Positions 9,767 through 18,198 of a stretch of 34,434 nt of DNA are shown piece after piece (positions within the stretch are counted from its first letter, which is position 1; each line of letters starts with the position of its first letter). Source of the DNA: Fibrobacteria bacterium (GTDB lineage: Bacteria; Fibrobacterota; Fibrobacteria; UBA11236); NCBI GenBank assembly GCA_043732185.1, contig JAYTHY010000056.1, forward strand, positions 1-34,434. Reading direction: 5' to 3'. A program made the translations under genes and the position numbers. The notes below the pieces were generated by a model that saw only the letters and a list, made by a program, of their open reading frames with translations, was not told the DNA's origin and ran no database searches.

Positions 9767-9793
9767 GGGCCTTGCGAAAGCGAGGCCTTTTTA
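9767..9793 (+). terminator. Rho-independent terminator between convergent genes
   Basis: GGCCTTGC-GAAA-GCGAGGCC stem-loop followed by TTTTTATTT. Confidence 0.8.
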
Positions 9794-9795
9794 TT

Positions 9796-10962
9796 TCAGT
9801 TTTTGGTATTAAACAGGATTGCCAAAGTCACGGCAAGAATCGCCATTCCACCCAGAGTCCACCAGACAAAGGTGTGAACGGGTTTGTTTTCCCCGTTTGT
9901 ATCGCTTTGCCCATCCTCGTCGGCATCCTCTTCGGATTGAACCTTTTTAACGGCAACCTGGGTACCCTCCTTTACCGAAAGGATTAAGGAATAGGTTAGG
10001 GCATCGGCCCGTTTTACTTCAAACGCCTTGCAAAGCCCTTCATACCCGGGACTGGACCCACAAATATTGTGCTTACCAGGATTTAGCGGCACGCGGGACG
10101 ATATCGTTGCCATAGGTGATCCATCAATGGTCAGCGTGGTATTGGACGGCGTGACACTGAGATTGAGCCAAGCAGCCTCATGATCCAGCAGCTCAGCAGC
10201 TAATTCTCCAAACCCCTCCGATAATAATTTCTGGGGCGTTTTGGTATACACTTTTGATAAAGTAGTCGTGACCACCTCTGTCTCCACATCCACGTAAACC
10301 AATTTGAATGTATATACCCCGTCCAACTTAGAGGTCTCGACACTAATGAGCTTATCTGCGGCCAACCTTCTGGCAATATCCAGCTGACAAGCCCTTTCCA
10401 TGCACTTTTCCGGAGGGACGCGCATTTGTGTCATGGATTCCAAGATTGAACTGCGATCCAAAGTATGAAAGACATCGAGACGCTGCATTTCCGCAATAAA
10501 TTGCTGAGTCATCGCCACCGCGTCGGTATTTAAAATGTCCGACCCATGAAAATCGAAAACGACCACTGCCGGTACCAACGTTTTTCCACCTTTTTCAGCT
10601 TGATAGGTTAAACGGATTTTCTTGAATCGCGCCAAAATAGTGTTGCTGGCAAAGGTATCATGAATAGACGCAAACGGATCCAAATCGAGTAGCCGGTAAA
10701 AATAACGGTCGCCTAATTCTTTGCGTTTAGGGCTTGAACTATACAATACGCCAAGATTTTTTAGAATATAGACGCTGTCCTGAAAGGTCAAATCGTTGGA
10801 ACTGAGATAGCTCTCCAGCGTTTTCTGGGCTTTGCCCACTTCACCCTCATTAAGATAGGCATCGACAGCGCTGCGATTGACGACTTGGCTGTAACCGGGT
10901 ACAAGCAGGCCCAACAAGAAGGCCAGGGAAACTAGCCATTGCCTAGAAATTAATCGACCCAT
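9796..10962 (-). CDS. Secreted/membrane-anchored TPR + CsgG/TolB-N-like + PEGA domain protein
   Basis: Signal peptide; TPR-like helices (LKNLGVLY...YFYRLLDLDP); VVVFDF...C-x4-C...IARRLAADKLI segment; PEGA-like LSVTPSNTTLTIDG...LNPGKHNI...GY; C-terminal TM helix. ATG 10962 has AGAGG upstream. Confidence 0.72.
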   Translation of the reverse strand: MGRLISRQWLVSLAFLLGLLVPGYSQVVNRSAVDAYLNEGEVGKAQKTLESYLSSNDLTFQDSVYILKNLGVLYSSSPKRKELGDRYFYRLLDLDPFASIHDTFASNTILARFKKIRLTYQAEKGGKTLVPAVVVFDFHGSDILNTDAVAMTQQFIAEMQRLDVFHTLDRSSILESMTQMRVPPEKCMERACQLDIARRLAADKLISVETSKLDGVYTFKLVYVDVETEVVTTTLSKVYTKTPQKLLSEGFGELAAELLDHEAAWLNLSVTPSNTTLTIDGSPMATISSRVPLNPGKHNICGSSPGYEGLCKAFEVKRADALTYSLILSVKEGTQVAVKKVQSEEDADEDGQSDTNGENKPVHTFVWWTLGGMAILAVTLAILFNTKN

Positions 10963-11010
10963 ATACACCTCTTTTGTTCAGTTCCGTGGACGGAAAACGT
11001 AGTAATGCGA

Positions 11011-11838
11011 TCAGGGCGCTGGAGAGGGCGCGTAGGCTGGCTTTCCAAGCCCCATCTTTACTTTTTCTTGAGTCAAATCAAAAAGCTCCCAGCAGAGCCC
11101 GTACATATCCAGTGCACCAATGGATACGGGCGCATACTCGAAAATACTCAAACCTTCCCGCGCGGCCTCTGCGAGTTGAATGGTTTGACGCACCGTTTGA
11201 CGCGCCACGCGACCGGGAAAGGCCAAATGGATTTCACGTAAAATACTTTGATGCAGCTGTGTGTTGGTGCGAAACATATTGATCACAATTTTATGAAGCT
11301 GCGCAGTGGCGGACATTTTATCTAATAGTGGAATAAGTTCACGCAACCCTTGTAAAGCATACGGCTCCGCCTGAATGGGAACGATGACTGCGTCCGTTGC
11401 CATCAGTACCATGCGCGTCAACCAATTTACAATGGGTGGGCAATCTACGAGAATAAAATCATAATCGTCATCAAGCTCTTGTAGGAGCAGCTTTAAACGG
11501 GCCGGTTCTCGGATGAGACGGGCATCGAGAATCGGTAAATCATCTAAAGTAGTGCTACCTGCCAACAAATCGAGATTGGCATAACCCGTCGTGAGAATGG
11601 CCTCTTTTGGTGAACAGCGACGTAACAGTACCTGGGATATATCAGGCATTCCCTCCCTAGCGGTTATTGCCGAATCATCCACTCTGGTCAATAGGTGTTT
11701 AGTCAAATTGGCTTGCCCGTCGATATCGACCAACAACGTTCGGAATTTGGAAAAGGCAAGGGCGTGAGCGCAATTTAAGGTAAAGGTGGTTTTACCCACT
11801 CCACCTTTCTTGGACAGAAAACAAAATGTTTTGGCCAT
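11011..11838 (-). CDS. ParA/Soj family ATPase (orphan, no adjacent parB)
   Basis: Deviant Walker A KKGGVGKTT, A' motif LVDIDGQANLT, Walker B ILVDCPP. Confidence 0.92.
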   Translation of the reverse strand: MAKTFCFLSKKGGVGKTTFTLNCAHALAFSKFRTLLVDIDGQANLTKHLLTRVDDSAITAREGMPDISQVLLRRCSPKEAILTTGYANLDLLAGSTTLDDLPILDARLIREPARLKLLLQELDDDYDFILVDCPPIVNWLTRMVLMATDAVIVPIQAEPYALQGLRELIPLLDKMSATAQLHKIVINMFRTNTQLHQSILREIHLAFPGRVARQTVRQTIQLAEAAREGLSIFEYAPVSIGALDMYGLCWELFDLTQEKVKMGLGKPAYAPSPAP

Positions 11839-11858
11839 GATTCTGATTTTCCCCTACT

Positions 11859-13175
11859 CTATCTCGTCTCAACAACTGAAATCGGAACGCCCAGGTCCCT
11901 GAATTTCTCAACAATCCGATCGTATCCACGTTCGATGTACTGCACACCGGAAAGTTCTGTTTGTCCCTTGGCCAACACAGCGGCTACCAGGTACGAAAAG
12001 CCTGCTCGCAGATCCGGGATTTCAATTTGGGCGCCTTGCAATGGGGTGGGCCCCATGATAACGGCCGAGTGTTTATGGCCTAGATGCCGGAATCGGCAAT
12101 CACGGCTTCCCAAGCACTCGCTGAAAAGTTGGATTCGGGCTCCCATGCGGTTCAGCGTCTCCGCATAACCAAAGCGGTTCTCGTAAACGGTTTCATGGAT
12201 GACGGACATGCCCTCGGCCTGCGTCAAAAGAATCACCAACGGTTGCTGCCAATCGGTCATAAGCCCTGGATGCACACCAGTCTCGACGGCAATGGGTTTG
12301 AGTCTGGAATGCATCCCACAAAATCGGATGCCGTCTTCCACGGTTTCAAATTCTCCGCCAGCCCTTCGCAACCAATTCAGGAAAGTAAGCATATGCAATT
12401 GATCGGCGCCATGTATAAGCACATCACCACGGGTTGCGATGGCGGATACAGCAAAGGACGCGGCCTCGATGCGATCATTGATCACCTTGTGTCGGGCTGA
12501 ATGCAATTCTTCGACACCTTGAATGATCCAAGTGCGGTCCGTTTCTTGTGTGATGATGGCGCCCATGGATTGCAGAAATAACGCCAGGTCCACGATTTCC
12601 GGCTCTATGGCTGCATTATGAATTTCCGTCGTCCCTTTTGCGGTAGCGGCCGCCATCATCAGGTTTTCCGTGGCACCAACACTTGGATACGGCAATGTGA
12701 TGCGCGCACCGGAAAGCCGCTTGGCCTTAAAAGTGTATACCCCATTTTGATACTGGATATCTGCGCCTAAGGATCGGAATCCTTCCAAATGGTAATCGAC
12801 AGGTCTGGGACCGATATCGCAGCCACCCATCATGGGAATCTCTGCATGACCGAAGCGGTGTAAAAGTACCCCGGCCAAAAGTATGGGAATGCGGTTTAAA
12901 CCCGAATACTGCTGTGGAACAGTGTGGGTGGATAGCGCAGAGGCATCGATTTCTAAAATGCCTTCCTCGCGTTGATGCGTAACAATGCAACCCACCGAAG
13001 CGAGGATTTGTTTTGTGATATCCACATCGCCGATTTCAGGGACATTGGAAAGGATGGATTTTCCTGGGGCGAGTAGCGCCGCGACCATTTGCTTGGTAAC
13101 GGCATTTTTGGCTCCCCGGATCCGGATTTCACCTTTCAGGTAGCGGCCACCCTCAATTATGAATTTTTTAGCCAT
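11859..13175 (-). CDS. murA: UDP-N-acetylglucosamine 1-carboxyvinyltransferase
   Basis: GAKNA, GGCDIGPRPVDYH (active-site Cys loop), PSVGATEN, NAAIEPE, DRIEA, ETVYENRF, DLRAG and IERGY motifs. True start is MAKKFIIEGG at 13175; the ORF-track start at 13292 overlaps the divergent gene. Confidence 0.97.
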   Translation of the reverse strand: MAKKFIIEGGRYLKGEIRIRGAKNAVTKQMVAALLAPGKSILSNVPEIGDVDITKQILASVGCIVTHQREEGILEIDASALSTHTVPQQYSGLNRIPILLAGVLLHRFGHAEIPMMGGCDIGPRPVDYHLEGFRSLGADIQYQNGVYTFKAKRLSGARITLPYPSVGATENLMMAAATAKGTTEIHNAAIEPEIVDLALFLQSMGAIITQETDRTWIIQGVEELHSARHKVINDRIEAASFAVSAIATRGDVLIHGADQLHMLTFLNWLRRAGGEFETVEDGIRFCGMHSRLKPIAVETGVHPGLMTDWQQPLVILLTQAEGMSVIHETVYENRFGYAETLNRMGARIQLFSECLGSRDCRFRHLGHKHSAVIMGPTPLQGAQIEIPDLRAGFSYLVAAVLAKGQTELSGVQYIERGYDRIVEKFRDLGVPISVVETR

Positions 13176-13211
13176 TTTGAAAATGTACAAACTAGGCCCA
13201 AAAAGGGGGCC

Positions 13212-13240
13212 TTGACATCCCCAGTACCAACCCGTATGCT
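13212..13240 (+). promoter_or_regulatory. Sigma70 promoter TTGACA-N17-TATGCT for the YjfB-like gene
   Basis: Perfect -35 at 13212-13217, 17 nt spacer, -10 TATGCT at 13235-13240; ATG 13248 follows 7 nt later. Confidence 0.75.
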
Positions 13241-13247
13241 CAATCAA

Positions 13248-13433
13248 ATGGAAGCTGTTTCGAACGTGGGAGCGGGACCAGAAGCAACGCAATTAGCTGT
13301 GCAAATGGCCTTGCTTAAGCAGTCCCAAGACTTAATGAAACAGCAAGGCGCTGCCTTAGTTGCAGCTTTACCTCCCCCACCCCAGGCACCCAGTCCGAAA
13401 GGTGTTGGCGGACAAATAGACCTTCTCGCCTAA
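13248..13433 (+). CDS. YjfB-like putative motility-associated small protein (61 aa)
   Basis: AVQMALLKQSQDLMKQQGAALVAAL...GVGGQIDLLA matches the YjfB family pattern; flanked by a promoter and a terminator. Alternative ATG at 13236. Confidence 0.75.
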   Translation: MEAVSNVGAGPEATQLAVQMALLKQSQDLMKQQGAALVAALPPPPQAPSPKGVGGQIDLLA

Positions 13434-13456
13434 TCATTCTCTGCCTTTACAGCCGC

Positions 13457-13477
13457 TGTCCACCCCGTGGACATTTT
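13457..13477 (+). terminator. Putative intrinsic terminator after the YjfB-like gene
   Basis: TGTCCAC-CCC-GTGGACA hairpin followed by TTTT. Confidence 0.6.
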
Positions 13478-13621
13478 GAACCATTCCCCTTGCGAAAAAG
13501 AACACCCTACCCAAATTTCCAGGAAAATGGGATTGGCCCAGAATTTGATTTAAGGAGTCGGTGACACAGGAAGCCCACCGTGATTCATTCCGGTCAGGTA
13601 AGGCTTTGGAAAGGTCTGAAA

Positions 13622-14422
13622 ATGAAATCACTACTGGCCATTGCCTCACTCCCGATTCTCCTCAGCAATTGCATGGTCGCCGACTACCAGTGGCATCAGG
13701 GCAACGGTGTTGCCGTAACCGAGACCCGGCCACTGGCCTCCTTTACCCGTGTGGATGTAGAAGGCTCGATGCATGTGACCCTTCAATCTGGACCCGAATG
13801 TGCCGCCTATGTGACGTCGGATGGGAATCTATCCGGCTATATCCAAACCAGTTCTTTTGCTGGAGTTTTAACCATTAGATTAAGCACAGACATTGAACCT
13901 GTGGTGGTTCCGGAAATCACAGTCGTGGTCCCTAATATCCACCATGTCATTCAGAATGGAAATGGACAACTGGACATTCAAGAAGGGGGTAACTTCCCGG
14001 ATCTCAGCCTTGAACTCAATGGCGGAGGACAAATCCGGTTTTCTGGCACGGCTTCCCATTTAAGTGCTGTGGTGAACGGATCGGGAAGTATCAATCTACA
14101 GGGTTTTGCGGCGTTCTTGACTGCAGACCTGAATGGAACGGGTGAGATTCAAGCTGAAAATCTTCTAGTTGAGGCTGCCGATGTGGAACTCAGTGGGGCG
14201 GGTAATGTATACCTCGATCTCGACTATGAATCCAATCTAACTTTAAATCTTTCGGGATCCGGCCTGTTGGAATGGTGGGGTGCGCCGCAAAAGCTGAACT
14301 ACACCTTGACGGGAACCGGTCAAGTCATCGAGCATCGAGGATTGCCCAAGAAGTCTGCACTCGCCAAAAAATCCGCATCGCCGGGAAAGCCCTATGCGCC
14401 GGTCATCGATAGCGCAAAGTAA
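13622..14422 (+). CDS. GIN-domain (DUF2807, putative adhesin head) lipoprotein
   Basis: Lipoprotein signal MKSLLAIASLPILLSNC; GNG...ETRPLASFTRVDVEGS; repeated [LV]-[NS]-G-[SAT]-G beta-helix turns. Confidence 0.88.
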   Translation: MKSLLAIASLPILLSNCMVADYQWHQGNGVAVTETRPLASFTRVDVEGSMHVTLQSGPECAAYVTSDGNLSGYIQTSSFAGVLTIRLSTDIEPVVVPEITVVVPNIHHVIQNGNGQLDIQEGGNFPDLSLELNGGGQIRFSGTASHLSAVVNGSGSINLQGFAAFLTADLNGTGEIQAENLLVEAADVELSGAGNVYLDLDYESNLTLNLSGSGLLEWWGAPQKLNYTLTGTGQVIEHRGLPKKSALAKKSASPGKPYAPVIDSAK

Positions 14423-14441
14423 TCGGTCCGTAATCGAAGGA

Positions 14442-15728
14442 TTAAAGTCGCAGCTCGGACAATTTTAAAAGTTCAGGGTCGCTGGGAAATTCCTGAAGGC
14501 CCTGCATCACGGTTTGCCTAGCCTCGGAATTTTTTCCTGTATGCGCCAATAATAAGGCCCGAAAAAAGAAAAATTGTTTTCGTAGGCCAAGGTCAATGGG
14601 AGGCGACTTTAGGCGTTCCAGGTATGTTAAAGCTTTTGCATACGCACCCTGTTCCAAAGCCAAGCGGGCTAATACTAAACACGTCCAGGCATTGCCTGGC
14701 ATCAGCGCCTCCACTGCATTGGCCAAGCGCAGGGCTTCTGCCGCAAAAAAAAGCAAAGTACTCTCTGGTAAATTTAGTCGAGAAACATACTCATGCGTCC
14801 AAGCCAAATGCGCCAATATATCTGTCGACCGAGGCGACATCGGAACGTGTACCTCAGAAAAAGCTTTCACTATGGCCTGCGCGCGATGGGACGCCGTATG
14901 ACTGCGCAGTATAAGATCCTGGCCTCGTTTGGCTATTTCTTCCGCCGCGATCGGCTGGTTCAGGGCCCAACGGATTTTTTCTGCTAGGTCGATGGCGTCA
15001 CCGGCCTTATACATCAAAAAATCACGCCCGGGTTCGCCGATGTCCCATAGGGAATGCGAAATTTGGTCCGTAATCAAAAGCGCCCCACAGCCCATGGCCT
15101 CAAAAAACCGGAAGTTTAAATCATCCTGCACGGACTGGTTTATTACAATGCGGGATGTACGATAAACGGGTTGCACTTCTCCCTGGCAGACGTTGACTTT
15201 GAGCCCCTGATTTTTCAGCTCTTCCAACAAGACCACGCGTGCAGGGTTAAGCGTGGGATCGAGAGTGCCAACGAAGGAAATATCGTGAGCACGTTTTTTC
15301 CAGGGGAGAAATTCAGTTGCGCCTGAAAAATAGAGCGGCAACCAGCGCACATCGGAATGATATTGCAACAGAAGTGACATTTGGTTCTTCTGAGCTGAAA
15401 AAACCAGGTCAAAGATCGGTGCCAAGTGCCCGTGCCACAGCCCGTGCAAATGTGTGTCCACGGCATACCAAGCTTTGGGAATATTTATGTTTTCCAAACC
15501 CAAATGAATGAGCGGCGTGGAATCATCCAATTGAAGCATCCAATCCGGACGAAACCGCTGCACGGCTTCCGCCACAACCCTGTGTGCGGCCTCTGGAGGT
15601 TGGAAAAAATCAATGGCTATGTTTTGACTGTCGGCGCTACTCGACGCTAGGCCAAGCGTTAAAACCTCGTGTCCTGCTTCGCGGAGCGCACCTACCAGGA
15701 GGCGTCCACCAACACAGAGAATTCTCAT
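14442..15728 (-). CDS. CgeB-like (Glyco_trans_1_2) glycosyltransferase with C-terminal TPR
   Basis: WYAVDTH, WLPL, DISFVGT, SRIVINQS...DLNFRFFEAMGCGALLITD and EEIAKRG...HT...RA motifs; C-terminal TPR-like helices. Confidence 0.85.
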   Translation of the reverse strand: MRILCVGGRLLVGALREAGHEVLTLGLASSSADSQNIAIDFFQPPEAAHRVVAEAVQRFRPDWMLQLDDSTPLIHLGLENINIPKAWYAVDTHLHGLWHGHLAPIFDLVFSAQKNQMSLLLQYHSDVRWLPLYFSGATEFLPWKKRAHDISFVGTLDPTLNPARVVLLEELKNQGLKVNVCQGEVQPVYRTSRIVINQSVQDDLNFRFFEAMGCGALLITDQISHSLWDIGEPGRDFLMYKAGDAIDLAEKIRWALNQPIAAEEIAKRGQDLILRSHTASHRAQAIVKAFSEVHVPMSPRSTDILAHLAWTHEYVSRLNLPESTLLFFAAEALRLANAVEALMPGNAWTCLVLARLALEQGAYAKALTYLERLKSPPIDLGLRKQFFFFRALLLAHTGKNSEARQTVMQGLQEFPSDPELLKLSELRL

Positions 15729-15754
15729 ACCTGAGGGCTGGGGATGGAGGGCCT

Positions 15755-17461
15755 TTAGCCTTTGTCTTTACCTTTTTTAAAGGTTTTGCTGAATAGTTTC
15801 TGATCGGCCAAATATCGCCCGGCTTCCTGCACTTGGACATCATGCTTTAGTTCAAAAGCCGTTTTGACATCTTCTCCAAGTACAGCCCCCAACAATTCGG
15901 CCTTTAACTGGAATTGAATGTATTCCAGGTTCCGATTAAACTCTTTGTCCGCTTCCAGACGTAAGGCCTTTTCCAGGCTATTGGCTGCAAGCTCCAGTTG
16001 CGCCTTGTCGGTATCCGAAACTAGGCTGTCGCCATGCTCTGCTCGCTCTTTCTTCATGACTTCACGGAAATTATCCAGAGCGATGATTGACGCACTCTTA
16101 TAGTGTGTGAAGGTGGTATCCGAATAAACAAACTTCCGGAATTCCTCTATGATGTCATCGGTAACCACAAAATCCGGCGTGATTTTCGTTTTTTTCACTA
16201 TATCTTGACGCCGCTTGATGACGAAATTGAAGAAGGCGGTTTTGCGCAAAAGTTCCGTATTGAACCGGTTAAACTTTCTGCCAGGAATGATGACGTCCGG
16301 AGTGATACCCCCACCAGCCAAGACTTTACGTCCAGCTTTCGTATGGAACCAAGCGGTATCCTTCTTGGCTGAATCCGCCATAGCCTTCGATTTAAAGCGA
16401 ACCGCGTTCTCGGGTTTGTTGATACAGCGGCCGGCCGGGGTATAATAGTAGGCGGTGGTCAACTTCAAAGTATTTTGCTGCCCGTCCAAGGGCAGAATGG
16501 TTTGCACAGACCCTTTTCCAAATGAGGTCTCTCCCATCACAATGCCGCGATCCCAGTCCTGAATAGCCCCGGCAACGATTTCTGAAGCGGAGGCGGAATT
16601 TTCATTGACTAGAACCACCATCTTTTTTGTCCAAATTGGGGCGCGTCGACTGGGGTATTCCTGATTTTGAGATTTGACCCGACCTTTGGTAAACACCACC
16701 ATATTGCCCTTTTCCAAAAAGAGTTCAGAAACTGAGATGGCTTGATTCAGCAAACCTCCGGGATTTACGCGTAAGTCTACAATCAAAGCCTTCATATCCT
16801 TTTTCTTCAACTCATTAATTTTGGCCTCCAAGTCTTCGGAAGTCCGCTTGGCAAATTGGGTGATTTTCACATAACCCACGGAATCATTGATCATGGCGGC
16901 ATAGGGCACGCTTTCAATCTTGATGACCTCCCGAACGATAACGAATTCCATTGGCGTCGGCATGCCCTCGCGCAGAATTTGGATTTTAACCGTGGTGCCT
17001 GGTTTTCCGCGCAGCTTTTCCACCGCGTCGTCTATGCTGATTCCCTGTGTGCTTAGAGTATCGATTCGAATAATCTTGTCCCCGGCTTGCAGGCCCATGC
17101 GATGCGCGGGCGTGCCGGCCAAAGGCGAGACCACCGTGAGGATTTGATCGCGAATGCCGATTTGGATACCCAATCCGCCGAATTCACCGTCCGTATTTAC
17201 CTTGAGGTCCTCGTAGTCCTTAGGGGTAAAGTAAGCGGTGTGCGGATCAAGAATGGATCGAATGCCACCAATAGCTGCATCTACCAATTCCTCTGAACTG
17301 ACATCTTCGACATAGTTTTCATTGATCTTGGTCACGACTTTATCGAGTCGAATGAGATCGGAATAAAATTTCTCTCCGCCCGCTTGAACCCGGTTGCTGA
17401 TGAAAGCGAATCCGCCAATCAGAATACCTACTGTGGCGTAATAGAATTTGCTCTTCTTCAT
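15755..17461 (-). CDS. ctpA: Carboxy-terminal processing protease, S41A family
   Basis: LDPHT, PDZ loop FGGLGI, DLRVNPGGLL, catalytic SASASEIVAGAIQD (Ser) and FGKGSVQ (Lys), LKLTTAYYYTPAGRCI, GGITPD. Confidence 0.93.
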   Translation of the reverse strand: MKKSKFYYATVGILIGGFAFISNRVQAGGEKFYSDLIRLDKVVTKINENYVEDVSSEELVDAAIGGIRSILDPHTAYFTPKDYEDLKVNTDGEFGGLGIQIGIRDQILTVVSPLAGTPAHRMGLQAGDKIIRIDTLSTQGISIDDAVEKLRGKPGTTVKIQILREGMPTPMEFVIVREVIKIESVPYAAMINDSVGYVKITQFAKRTSEDLEAKINELKKKDMKALIVDLRVNPGGLLNQAISVSELFLEKGNMVVFTKGRVKSQNQEYPSRRAPIWTKKMVVLVNENSASASEIVAGAIQDWDRGIVMGETSFGKGSVQTILPLDGQQNTLKLTTAYYYTPAGRCINKPENAVRFKSKAMADSAKKDTAWFHTKAGRKVLAGGGITPDVIIPGRKFNRFNTELLRKTAFFNFVIKRRQDIVKKTKITPDFVVTDDIIEEFRKFVYSDTTFTHYKSASIIALDNFREVMKKERAEHGDSLVSDTDKAQLELAANSLEKALRLEADKEFNRNLEYIQFQLKAELLGAVLGEDVKTAFELKHDVQVQEAGRYLADQKLFSKTFKKGKDKG

Positions 17462-17574
17462 CGTATGTCCCTATTGCGGCAGGTTTTCATGAGTCCGATA
17501 TCGATCTTACTACCTCGAACGGATAATTACGACCCGTTGTCGGAAGCTCGCCGAAAAAGGGCAAGTGGATCCGC

Positions 17575-18195
17575 TTAAATGTACAAATTTCGAAGTATGG
17601 TCTGGTGCAAGACATCAGCCGGCAAGGTCCCATCCAACACTGTAAATCGGTCCTGGTTTTCGGCTGCAAGGGCTCGGTATCCCTCGCATACTCTGCCAAA
17701 AAATGCGGCATTCTCGTTTTCCATTCGATCCGCCGGCCGGCCTCCAGCCTCTAAACGAGACCGCATCGTTGTCACAGGTATATCGAGGAGAAAGCTATGT
17801 ACCGGCCATACCGGGCCACAGGCCATTTCCAATAGCTGCCTTATCTGACCCTTATCCAGCCCACGCCCATAGCCTTGATAGGCCAAGGTAGACCAGCCAA
17901 ATCGATCAGCGATGACGAGCTTCCCAGCACTTAAAGCCGGAGTGATCACTTCAGAAACCAGCTGGGCCCTAGCCGCAGAATAGAGGAGCAATTCCGCCAT
18001 GGGAGCTATGCGGTTATCTGGCGATAGAAGCAAACTGCGGATTTGATCGGAAACGGGAGTGCCCCCGGGTTCTCGCACGGAAATGGCAGATTTCCCAGTG
18101 GATTTGAGGTGGTTCATAAGCAAGGATATTTGCGTGGTTTTACCGCTGCCATCCACACCTTCCAACGAAAAAAAACCGGGTTGCCCCTGCTTCAT
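17575..18195 (-). CDS. tmk: Thymidylate kinase
   Basis: P-loop EGVDGSGKTTQ, REPGGT, LLYSAARAQ, DRF...STLAYQGYGRG, DRME. Confidence 0.96.
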   Translation of the reverse strand: MKQGQPGFFSLEGVDGSGKTTQISLLMNHLKSTGKSAISVREPGGTPVSDQIRSLLLSPDNRIAPMAELLLYSAARAQLVSEVITPALSAGKLVIADRFGWSTLAYQGYGRGLDKGQIRQLLEMACGPVWPVHSFLLDIPVTTMRSRLEAGGRPADRMENENAAFFGRVCEGYRALAAENQDRFTVLDGTLPADVLHQTILRNLYI

Positions 18196-18198
18196 TGG

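Noticed and set aside
13089..13247. Long (114 aa) version of the YjfB-like ORF
   Set aside because: Overlaps murA antisense and lies upstream of the gene's own promoter.
13176..13292. 39 aa N-terminal extension of MurA in the ORF track
   Set aside because: Overlaps the divergent promoter and gene; MurA homology begins at MAKKFIIEGG.
13478..13621. Possible riboswitch or ncRNA upstream of the GIN lipoprotein
   Set aside because: Only weak imperfect hairpins and no recognisable aptamer consensus; an Rfam/Infernal search would be needed.
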